The notes beneath the pieces were generated by a model that did not search any database, was not told where the DNA came from, and saw nothing but the letters and a program-made list of their open reading frames with translations. This document shows, piece after piece, positions 12,601 to 25,100 of a DNA stretch of 64,000 nucleotides. The translations under genes and the position numbers were made by a program. This DNA is from Octopus bimaculoides. Lineage: Eukaryota. Location of the stretch: positions 78,239,498 through 78,303,497 of the forward strand of contig NC_068990.1 in NCBI RefSeq assembly GCF_001194135.2. The letters run 5' to 3'. Each line of letters begins with the position of its first letter. Positions within the stretch are counted from its first letter, which is position 1.

Positions 12601-15600
12601 TATTGATTTTGAGGTGTTTGAAAGGGCATTGCATTCAGTAGTTTGTTGGAAATTAGGTGTTACTGAATGGCTTGTTAGGGCTGTACTAAGATGAAATAGG
12701 CCGTGTCAGAGTTGACAATGATTTCAGTGACAAATATAGTGTGAAGGTAGCAGTTCATCGGAGTTTAGTTGTCTTCCATTCATCATTGTCCTACAGGCCA
12801 TCACAGAGGAGTTTACAACTGGATATGCCTAGGAACTCTTACATGTTTTATGATCTACTTCTCATTGCTGAATGAGAAAGAAAACTCCAGGCTTGGAAGC
12901 TAAACTTAGAATCAACAGGTCTTAATGTAAACTTGGCTAAGATGAAGGTTTTAGTAAGTAGGAAATAAAACTGAACCCTGATATTTGCTCTATATGCAGA
13001 AAAGGAATATTTATAAACTCTGTACGCTGTACCCAAGAGATGTAGGGATAGATGTTCTGGAGGAGCACAAGGCATGCAGCTGACTGCCTAGCTCCAATTT
13101 GAGACATGTTTGAAAGGATGGTAGCAGCTTTTCATCAGATGTACAATCCTACAGAACATTTGACTCTCGATGAAGCTGTAGAAGCATTTCAAGGCAGATG
13201 TGCATTTCTCCAATACATGCCTCTAAAACTAGCTAAATATGGAATAAAGCTGCAATGCTTATGTGACACCAAAACTAATTACATATGCAATATGGAAGTG
13301 TACCCTGGAAAACAGCCTGATGGTCTGTTCCAGCTTTCCAATAGACCACATGACATTACACTTTGCCTGGCAGTACCAATCTTTGGCACAGGCTGCAACC
13401 TGATAACTGACAATTGGTATACTAGTGTATCATTTACTGAAGATTTCTTGAAAAGCAAAGGAACTCTTCTTGGAACGATGAAAAGGAACAAGCTGGACCT
13501 TCCACCAGAAATGATGCTGAAGAAAGATTGAGAGGTTTACAGTTCCAGGTTTGCATTCCGAAAAGAAAGGATGATGGTTTCAAATGTGCCTAAACCAAAA
13601 ATGGCAGTTATTTTGCTTGTCTATAATGCACTCTGATGCAAGCCTTGATGAATCAACCAGACACAAGCAGAAACCTTCAGTAGTGACGGTGAATAAAATT
13701 GTTCTTACCTTGACTTGCCATTTGGGTATCATTGGTAGATTGATCAATTCTTCACCCGTTTTGTCATGACTCCTCTATGTCCATGACTGGCATCTGCCAC
13801 TGCGAGTGTCCTAAGGAAAAACAAAATGCAGAGAAAAACTTTGCTTCTCACTTGCCGATGTGATGTCATCTCTTGTCGCTTCCGGTTCTTCCACCACAGT
13901 GACATTCTACAATGGCACTAAAGGTGGTGTGGACACCACTGACAAAAAAATGTGCTGCTACATCTTGCTCCAGATGCACAAACTGATGACTGCTGATGTT
14001 GTTCTATTCCCTCATGGACAAAGTTTGCTTGAATTCCTTTGTGATATACATTTGGAATAATGAGAAGGGTAGTCTATGATCTTGAAGAGAATTTTTTGAG
14101 ATCACTTGGAAAAGAACTTCTGAGGGAACAACTTGAAATATACTTGCACAATAGAACTGGAATACAGAAGGTGTTGCAAAAGACTATTGAGACCTGTGCT
14201 TCCAGAGGTGCTCCAAGCGATGGATGAAGAATTCAATGTGCATTCTGTGCTAGAAAAGATTGAAAGACAAATACATATGGTTCAAAATGTGCCTAACAAA
14301 ATGTGCAAGGAGCACCAGGGACCTTTAACCCGTAAAGATCATCATCATCATCATCATCATCATTTAACGTCTGTTGTCCATGCTGGAATGAGTTGGATGG
14401 TTTGACTGGGCTTGCACGCTGGAAGGCTGCATCAGACTACAGTCTGATTTAGCATGGTTTTCTATGGCTGAATGCCCTTCCTAATGCCAACCACTCTGAG
14501 AGTGTAATAGGTGCTTCTGTGTGCAGATGCTACCAGGGTGCTTTTACATGACACTGGTATCTGCTATGACTGCGATTTTGTTCAGCATGATGGGTTTTCT
14601 TCTCAAGCATGAAAATGTAGTATTTGTTTTTTTACATGAACCTTTTTTTATATTACCTTGGATTGGATAAAGCATGAGATTGGTGCTCTTCCTACACTGA
14701 CCATTGTTTTCAAGTAAACTACTTTATTCCAGTAACTTTTGCACATTGAAACACCAAGTGGAATGTTTTCTTTGTAGAGAGGAAACATAAATCAAATGCT
14801 ACCAGTGTCTTGATGACCGACTCTCATATCCACGTGAGTAATAAATTCAACAGCCTCTTCTGTAGAGGTTCTTTCTGCTGAAGTTAACTTGGTTAATCTA
14901 AGGCTGTACTAGAAGACACTTAATGAAGGTGCCATGCAGTAGGGTGAAACTTTTTAACCACACTGGCATGGCCAAAGTCTTTCATGTTCTAAGATGAAGT
15001 TAGTAGTTCAAAATATAATCTTATGACATCTAATCTAAATAAGCTGTTGTTGACAGTGATAGTTATATGGAGGTTGGAAGCTGGTGATGATGAATGATTG
15101 GAAAGGGAGTAATATAAATTTTGGAGTTGCATGTTTTTTTTTCAGAAATTAAACCACAAATTCACATTTGATTTGTATCTTTATAAATGGCTGAGAGATA
15201 CTCTCCAAGTTGCTTTAGTATCTCAGAAATAGATAATGTCATATAATTTTTAATGTTACCTTTGTTTAGTAAAAGATAATGGCATTCAACTTGATATATT
15301 AACAAAATATATTGAAAATCGACAACAAGATTTCCTTTTCATGTTAAAAACTATGAGAATATTTTTTTTCTATTATCAGATTCTCTCACAGAACCCCTGG
15401 TCATGTTTTCTTTGCCGAACTCCAAACAAAAGACGTGCCTGTGGATATCTTCAAGCCAAACCTAACTGGTCCCTTAACATCATGCATATGTTCAATAGTC
15501 ATCAAAAATTGGCGGTTTGTTATTCAGTTTTGCTGTCTTTCATTTGTTAGAGTGAAATTAATCTTGTCTTACACTAATGTCTGGTCTGTTGCTTATGCAT

Positions 15601-16949
15601 TTCTGGTCATTAGTGACCATCTTTGTCTATCATATGTCTTCCTTCAGAGGTGACAAAATAGGCACCATTAGTTCATTTGGGGAAAATATACCAATAATTC
15701 ATCACAGACATGTGCACTCTAGAATCAACAGTATGACAATGCATTTTCTCAACCTATACATAACAATATACTTCATAAGCCAAAGAAATTCTTTGACCTC
15801 CAAAACTCAGCTGCAGAGACACATCTTAGATGACACACAGCTTGGTTTTCAAACTTGACAAAGCTGTCTGTCACAACTGTTACAGCACCATAACACTATT
15901 CACAATAATATTTTGAGAAGAAAGAACATTGACTGCGTATACCTAGATTTTGCTCTGGTGTTCGACAAGATTGTTCATGAAAAAGGTGGCGAGCTGGCAG
16001 AAACGTTAGCACGCCGGGCGAAATGCTCAGCGGTATTTCGTCTGCCGTTACGTTCTGAGTTCAAATTCCGCCGAGGTTGACTTTGCCTTTCATCCTTTCG
16101 GGGTCGATTAAATAAGTACTAGTTACACACTGGGGTTGATATAATCGACTTAATCCCTTTGTCTGTCCTTGTTTGTCCCCTCTATGTTTAGCCCCTTGTG
16201 GGCAATAAAAAAATAAGATTGCTAATGGAATCATCTGTCATAAGTTAAGGGATCTTGGTATTGGAGGAAAACTTGGAGAATGGCTCTTTGACTTCCTACT
16301 TGGTAGGAGTCAATCTGTTGCTGTAAATGGTTTTCTCTCTGCTAAGTCACCTGTAATAAATGGCATACTCCAGGAAATGGTTCTAGGACCATTATTATTT
16401 ACCACAATCACGGCATGTCTTTTCATTTTATTTGGAAGCATAAGGCCTGTCATTGTTATTTTCTGAAATAGAAGTTCAATAAAAAAATAGTCAAATAAAA
16501 TAATGACTAAAAATACATGTGTCCTCAAATACCGTTTGCACCCTGTATATACTCTTTACTCTTTTACTTGTTTCAGTCATTTGACTGCGGCCATGCTGGA
16601 GCACTGCCTTTAGTCGAGCAAATCGACCCCAGGACTAATTCTTTGGAAGCCTAGTACTTATTCTATCGGTCTCTTTTGCCCAACCGCTAGGTTACGGGGA
16701 CGTAAACACACCAGCATCAGGTGTCAAGTGATGTTGGGGGAACAAACACAGACACACAAACATATACACACACATACATATACATATATACGACGGGCCT
16801 CTTTCAGTTTGCGTCTACCAAATCCACTCACAAGGCTTTGGTCAGCCCGAGGCTATAGTAGAAGACACTTGCCCAAGGTGCCACGCAGTGGGACTGAACT
16901 CAGAACCATGTGGTTGGTAAGCAAGCTACTTACCACACAGCCACTCCTG

Positions 16950-16984
<35 letters not shown>

Positions 16985-19118
16985 TGTTGTGTTTACTTTT
17001 TAGCTAGTTCTTCTTCTGTAATCATACTTTAGCAGGATTTTTCTGTTTTTGATATTTACTTTGAGTAGTTTTTAGATGGATTCCCTTTTCATTTGATGTG
17101 CGTACGTTACTTCATTTTCCAATATTTTAAGGACACATTTATTACCTAGACTGTTAGTATAAAGGGTAGAATAGTTGATTCTCTGGTCTGAATGCTTGCA
17201 ACAGAGTGAAGTTTGCTGAAAATAGTCAAGTGGCCAACAGTGAACTCAGACAAGCAATAATGAAATTATGTCTGTATATAATGTGCTTAGGCTTTTTATT
17301 TTTTTGAAATTAAAAAAATTCATGGCCCCTTTTCCATTTCTAATGGGTTTTTTTTTTCTGCCTTTCAGGAACCCAATTTGTCTTACCTTACCAAGTGTCC
17401 TGAAAGGCCCCCAATTCGAGTATTGTCATTATTTGATGGTATTGGAACAGGTAATATACATCCTAAATTTTCAGCAGTTATTCATATCATGCCAGCAAGG
17501 CATGGCTGCATGCTGGAGAAATTTACTTCCTAGTTATTTAATAGCAACAGTGTAAGATGTACGAGGGAAACACATACTGCTGCACAGGATGTTCAGGCTA
17601 AATTTGACGATTTTATGTCTCCTTTTTTTTTTCAAAAACAGCTTGATGTATTAGTGAAGAGTCACAACGGTATTAGAGGGCATAAAGACTAAAGTTAGCT
17701 GACATAGAGGACTGGAAGCCATGAGCATATTGGAAAAGAGTTAGCTGTATCATGATTCATGCGGGGAATCAAAATGCCATGTAAACACTGTAAAGGATGT
17801 AAGACATGACCATTGGACGCCAGTTTCCTCAAACTGTGCTGGTGCTTGAGTGTGTCTCCAGTGATATCGTGCCACCCAACTCTTTTGAACAAGACCTTAG
17901 ACTCAATTCAGCTGGCTGTGTGAAGCTGCTGGAGACTGCAGTCAAACACTGGCTGGAGAGGTTTGCTGCTGGAAGGCCATATGTATAGCAACAGGATTCC
18001 ATAAAGAGTTGGAGAATTTCCATGACTTTGCCAGCCCCTAATCCCCCTCCCCCCACGTTTGTAATCCCATAGATTACTACATGTGGGGTGCAGTTGAGAA
18101 AAAACACCAACCACTCTGTCTGCAACACCAAGACTGACCTGATAGTCAAGATCAAGGAGTTGTTCAAAGATCTCCCCTGGGACATAGTGAGGAACATATG
18201 CATCATGTACCACAGCTGTCTTGAGGCCACGGTAGAAGCTGAGGGCAGTTACTTTGAATAATCTTATCTCCCAGCCATAATCTAGTTGATATTTTAAACA
18301 CATTTGTTTTCCTTTCCTTTTATATAAATTGTCACATTTAGCCTGAACATCCTGTATGTTTGGAAATGCTAAAGGTTGATTGGCTCCTGTGCTGGTGGCA
18401 TGTAAAAAGCACCATCCAAATGTGATTGATGCCAGGCCCGGCTGACTGGCTCTTGTGCCAGTGGCGCATAAAAAGCACCCATTACACTCTCGGAGTGGTT
18501 GGCATTAGGGAGGCCATCCAGCTGTAGAAACTCTGCCAGATCAGATAGGGGCCTCGTGCAGCCACTGGCTCTCCAGACGTCAGTCAATCCGTCCAACCCA
18601 TGCCAGCATCGAAAACGAACGTTAAACAATGATGATAAAAAACAGTTACATTCAGTAGAGATATGGTATTTCAAACATTTTCCATTTCAGAAAAACTTGA
18701 TGTTTTTTTGCACAGGGAATCAGAAAACTAATTTTGAAGTGGGGAAACTGTTGTTGCTGATGATGGCAACTATATTTTGAATGGATGTTTTATGCTGATC
18801 TGAACTTATTACTTTCTGACATCCCTAGTATACGTGTGTGTGTGTACCTCTTTATCTCAACATTGCATGATGTAATATTCTATTAAAACATGTCAGAAGA
18901 ATGTGAAACAATTTTCATTATCTTGTTTTCCAGGTAAGGTCGCCCTTGATCAGCTTGGACTTACCATCAAGGAGTATTTCTCTAGCGAAGTTGATGCTGA
19001 TGCTCTGATTGTAAAACGGTTTACTTATGGCCAGAGCATCAAAGAAATTGGTGACATAACTGAACTTACAGAAGTAAAGGTAACTTGCAGTCCAAGCTTC
19101 TTGTTTTATTAGTGATTT

Positions 19119-19163
<45 letters not shown>

Positions 19164-22100
19164 TTGAAAGTATTTAGAAAAATACCATATCAAATATGGT
19201 AGAACCAGGTGATTCAGTTCCAGATGTTTTATTTGGTCAAATTAATGCTTGGCCAAGGTGGTGAGCTGGCAGAAACATCAGGCAAAATGCTTAGCAACAT
19301 TTCATCTGTCTTTGCATTCTAAGTTCAAATTCTGCTGAGGTTAACTTCATCTTTCATCCTTTTGGGGTCAATGTAATTGACTTATCTCCTTCCCCAGAAT
19401 TACTGGCCTTGTGCCATAATTTAAAATGAAATTTATACTTGTCCAATCAACGATAAAGTATTAAGAAAACAAATATTTTGTGCATGTTGAAAGTCTAGAT
19501 GGCTGCTGATGTTAACATTCTCCTGTAAATGAACAGCTCTGCTTTGGTTTTGATTTGGCTTTCACAAAAAGTTGAGATAAGAAAGATATTTCATAAGATA
19601 TAAATTGTTAGATTTAAAATTAAAATTTATTATTTGTAGTTTTTAAAAAAAAAACTTGAAAGTAAGTTTCTTCTGTTGTCAGATAACAAAGTATTGTCAG
19701 CCTCAGTTCACTTAGTTAAACTCTGTGGTAGACTTGCATTCTATTAAAGCATTGTCTCTCATCCACTCAGTACTACAGAAACCAAGAATTAAATACCTGC
19801 AAAGAAAACTCAAGATCTGTAGAAGAATTAATTTCAGAGAAATGCTGTGTCATATTCTTATGTGATGGAGATGTCTGTGAGTAGGACAACAGGTCCAATA
19901 ATATTTGTAGTGTTTTGTGTGGCAGAATTAAAAGACTGATTATGTTAGCATTTGAATATCAAAACAAATTTCAGAACATTTAAGACTTAATTATATATTT
20001 TTCTTTTCTCCTTGATTCAGCTGTCAGAACTGTGTCCTTTGGATTTGGTCATAGGTGGATCTCCTTGTAATGATTTGTCTTTGGTTAATCCTGCTCGCAA
20101 AGGATTTTCTGAAGGTACAGTTTACATACTCTATATACATTGCTATTGTTAAGTACCAAGCCAGTATGTACGTGATTGCACACACACATAATCATCATCA
20201 TCATTTAATGTCTGCTTTCCATACTGGCGTGGATTAGATGGTTTGACTGGAACTGGTAAACCAGAGGGCTGCACCAGGTTCCAGTCTGGTTTCTACAGCT
20301 GGATGCCCTTCCTAATGCCAACGACTACTTACTTTTTATGTGCCACCAGCATGGGTGCCATTTACATGACTACAATTTCACTTGGTTTGACAAGTTCTCT
20401 CAAGCACAGTATGTCACCAAAGGTCTCGGTTACTTGTCATCCCTTCTGTTGTGACCAACATTCAAAGATCGTGCTTCACCACCTCATCTCGTGTCTTCCT
20501 GGGTCTACCTCTTCGACAGGTTTCCTCCACAGTTAGAGCTCGGCACTTCTTTACACAGCTGTCCTCATCCATGTGCATCAAATGACAATACCAGTGCATT
20601 CATCTCTCTTGCACACCACATCTAATGCCTCTCGACATTTATGCTGTTGTACTTGCTCACTGATATTGCAGATCCAGTGAAACATACTGGCTTCATTTCT
20701 TTCAAGCTTTTCAATGTTCTCTGCAGTTACAGCCCATGTTTCACTACTGTGGAGCACAGCTGTTTGCACACATGCATCATACAATCTGCCTTTCATTCTG
20801 AGGGAGAGGCTGTTTGTTACCAACAGAAGTAGAAGCTCTTTGAACTTTGCTCAGCTTATTCTTATTTTAGCATCTACACTCTCGGAGCATCCATCTGCAC
20901 TACTGACTTGGTTACCTTGATAATGGAAGCTATCAACTACTTATAGGTATCCCCCAGGCATTTGATGGTGTCTTATTTTCTGTACATTCCTAGTGTTTAT
21001 TGTACTTGTACATACACAAACTATTTTCCCTGTTAACCTTCCTCTTTTATCATTGCACCTCTTGTGTGTCCATAGCTTGCACCAGGTACATCTTATGGAG
21101 TTTCTGTGTATGCCTTTCCTACAAATTAAGCAGAGCCATTTCCCTGAAGGGATCTGTGATTTGTCTGTTTTCCTATTTACTAAGACTTTGGTCTTTGCTA
21201 AATTAACTGTAAGGCCCTTTGATTCTAGACCTTGCTTCCACATCTGAAATTTCTTCTCTAGTTCTGGAAGTGATTTGGCTCTAAGAACAAGGTCATCAGC
21301 ATAGAGGAGCTTCTAGGGAAGCTTCTTTGGCTGGTACAAAACCAAACTGCATCTCATCTAGACTCTCTTCCTAATTAGTTGAGCTAAGACCCTCGCTGTA
21401 ACTTTCATCTGATCTAATAATTTGGTACCGCTGTAATTATTTCTAAGATGTCCCCTTTACCTTTGTAGCAGTTGACTATGATGCTGCTGCACCAGTCATT
21501 GGGTATGACTCCCATGCATCACTGGACCATACCAGCACAATCGTCCCTCTTGCACACCACATCTGATGCCTCTTATGTCCAACTTTTCTCTCAGGATGCT
21601 TACACTCTGTCATGTATGCACACTGACATTACACATCCAGCAGAGCATACTAGCTTCATTTCTTTCAAGTCTACGCATGTCCTGTGCAGTCACAGCCCAT
21701 GTTTCACTGCTGTGTAGTACAGCTGTTAACACACAGGCATCGTACACTCTACCTTTCACTCTGAGTGAGAGGCCCTTTCATGCCAACCAGGAGCTCTCTG
21801 AACTTTGCCCAGCCTATTCTTATTCTAGCAGCTACACTCTCAGAACACCCACCTCCACTATTGACTTGGTCACCTAAAATAACAGAAGCTATCAACTACT
21901 TTTAGGTACGCCCCCTGGCATTTGATGGAGATATTGCTGCACCTCTTATGTATCCATAGCCTACTCTGCATATATTTTATGTAATTTCTACCTTTGCCTT
22001 TGTCTACAGATCGAGCAAGGCCATCTACCTGAAGGGATTTGTGGTTTGTCTGCTTTCCTACTTATTAAGATCCACACTCTTCTGAAGTCACCCATTCATA

Positions 22101-25100
22101 CCTTAAACAATTTTTTTGCGTGATATCTGTACTCATCAGTTTTTCTTTCCCCCACTTATATTGTATGATAAAGCAAAATGAAATATGCAACAAACGTAAC
22201 TGTGTGTGCTGTAGAATTGGATAGTTTGTGTCTGATAATGAAAGTGATGTTTCTATTAAAAACTTGTGAAGGATGTAAAAAGTATTTTTCTTAAAATCAC
22301 AATCTTTTTGATGAGTCAAAAACTTGTGATCATTTCTTCTTATTTCTATTCTCAATTATTCCAGACAAAACAAGTGTTCCCATTTGTCGTCCTACTATTA
22401 TGAAATGTAATTACATCCCAATACTTCTCAGTTGAGAGCAGTATCAGCACATTATCAGATTCCTTCCCTCATCATCTCTGCCCATATTATTTCAGCCAAT
22501 CACCCCCTTTTTCTACCTTTATCCACTGTTCTCTATCTCCGCTCTACTACATTTTAAATACTTTTCTCATCTGTTATCATTCTCAATATCCTCTCATAGC
22601 CCCTTATTTATCGTTTAGGGCATCCAGCAATAGAAACTATAGCTAAGATGATATTGCAGCTTGTCAGTTCTGTTTCAAACTGGCCTTTCTAAACTGCCAT
22701 GGAACATGGGGCATTAAATGGTGATGAGACTATTTCCAGTATTATGAAGGCTTTTGAAGTTAGTGAATAAATTCTGTTTTACATGCATTTTAGTTGGATA
22801 ATGTATACAATTCCTCTATATTAAAATGTTCTCATCATATATAGTGATGTTTAAACAAGTTGTTCTCCAAAATGACCACATTCATGTCAGTATATAAGAA
22901 GTTGTTTTATGGAGCCAATTTAAATCTATTTGAAATATGTAGGGGTGTATTTTAAGCTCCAACATATATTAATAAAGTTAAAATGTATTTTTCTGCATCT
23001 CTCTAATTTTATAAACAAACAGATATTTATATTCAGTCAAAATATTCTCTTTCCAGAGGGCACAGGTATTTTATTCTTTGAGTTTTGTCGGATCCTGTCA
23101 ATTGTTCAAAGGTTGTGCAAAGACCGACATGTCTTTTGGCTTTACGAAAATGTTGCTGCAATGAAAACCAGTTACAAAAATATAATCTCCAGATTCCTAG
23201 GTGTAAGTACTAATTTCTAAATTACAATATTGATTAATTATCTGTTTTCATATGGTAGTTACATTGGATTCTAATCCAACCAGTTATAAATTTGAAGTAA
23301 AATATAGCATGTACTTTTGTTTTACATAATGGTATAAATTAAATTTTGTTGACTTGGAATTGTTTTGCAGATGATAAAAGTCTTTGAATGGTTTCAGAAA
23401 AAATACATATTGAACATGAAAATAACGATTTCTTTATTGTTCCTTCAAGGGCGTTGAGTGATAGAATAATGCATTAATTAGTTACAAACTATGCTTATTT
23501 GATAAAAATGAAGGTATTCATATGTGCTAGTTCCAAGTGAGGTTTTAAGAGAAAAGTTAACATCTTTCTATCTAGATGTCTGTTCATCCATGATAATCAT
23601 TTTCGAAAGATTTTGGTAATTATGTATGAAACCATAAACAGGATAAACTTACATTTAGAATGTTAGACAGAGCAGTGAACTGACACAATGTCTTGTGGGT
23701 ATTTTTCTCAAAATTGCTGGCCTTGTTAGACATGAGTACCTTTCCTTCATTGGACACTAAACTCTGCTTGCGAAGACCTGTTGAGGCAAGTGAAATCGAA
23801 ATCAAGTTAAATTCGATGACTTGCACCCATGCCAACATCGCCTCCTTCATTGGACACGAAACTCAGCTTGTGAAGACTTATTGGGGTAAGCGAAAGCGAA
23901 ATCGGGATGGCACCTGTGCCCAGCGTCGCCTTTCTGGCACTTGTGCTCGCAGCATGTGTAAGGACTTTCAAGCGAGATCGTTGCCAGTGCCCCTGGACTG
24001 GCTCTTGTGCGGGTGGCACGTAAAATACACCATTTTGAACGTGGCTGTTGCCAGTATCGCCTGACTGGTCTTTGTGCGGGTGACACGTAAAAGCACCTAC
24101 TACACTCTCGGAGTGGTTGGCGTTAGGAAGGGCATCCAGCTGTAGAATCTCTGCCAAATAAAATTGGAGCCTGGTGTAGCCTTCGGGCTCCACCAGTCCT
24201 CAGTCAAATCATCCAACCCATGCTAGCATGGAAAGCGGACGTTAAACGACGACGATGATGATGATGATGGTTCTCTGAATTTTTATAACATATATTCAGT
24301 GGTGTTGGTGCATTCACAAGATTTACAGTCGAAAGTTTTCAAGATGTTTGAGTCATTTCATGATTTACTTGTAGTGCAAACCTGCTCTCTGGGATGCAAA
24401 GTTTTTCTCAGCACAACACAGGCCCAGGTATTTCTGGGGTAACTTACCAACTATATACAGGTAAGGTTGACATTCAATTTTGAAATAACTGCATAATCTT
24501 ATAATTTTTATTGTAGCAAATGAAATTGAAGTAGATTGAGTAAATAGGAGGTATTACTAGTCAGAAATAATTTGATGACTATATTTGATACAAATGTCTT
24601 AGCTATAATAATTCTATCATTATTAAATAGATCTATCACTTATAGTGAATACTATTTTTTTTCAGTATTCCCAGCAGAAGAATAAAATAATTTGGCAATT
24701 TAGTCACAAATGATTGTTTGTGTTCTGACATTTTATATATTCTGATGTATAAATGAAGAGTAATTTGTAATAAATTCCATCATATTGACTTGCTTACGAT
24801 ATCTTATATAGAGATGAAAACTGCAGTAATGCTAAAGTAATAGAACTCAATACTGGCCAGCTCAATTCAAACTAAACCAAAAGTATAAAATTCACAATGT
24901 CTGATCTGTATGTTTAGTGTCAGTTCATCATTTAAAGACTTCTTCAATAATTATTTATTTAATGTAAAACATTTTCTTCCAGTTCACAGCCAACAACTGA
25001 AGATGATTCTCTTTACTTAGATAAAATTCTTTCACCAAACTGCAACAGAAAGGCTAGAGTAAGTTGGTTATATTTTCTATACCTCGACAATAGCTGTCTT

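Noticed and set aside
11750-13531. CSB-PGBD3-style DNMT3-piggyBac fusion (sense transposase inside an intron)
   Set aside because: In-frame stop at 13100 and again at 13531, frameshifts downstream, and no phase-0 acceptor leading into the ORF.
15985-16950. tRNA genes
   Set aside because: Only tRNA-like SINE heads; no complete cloverleaf seen.
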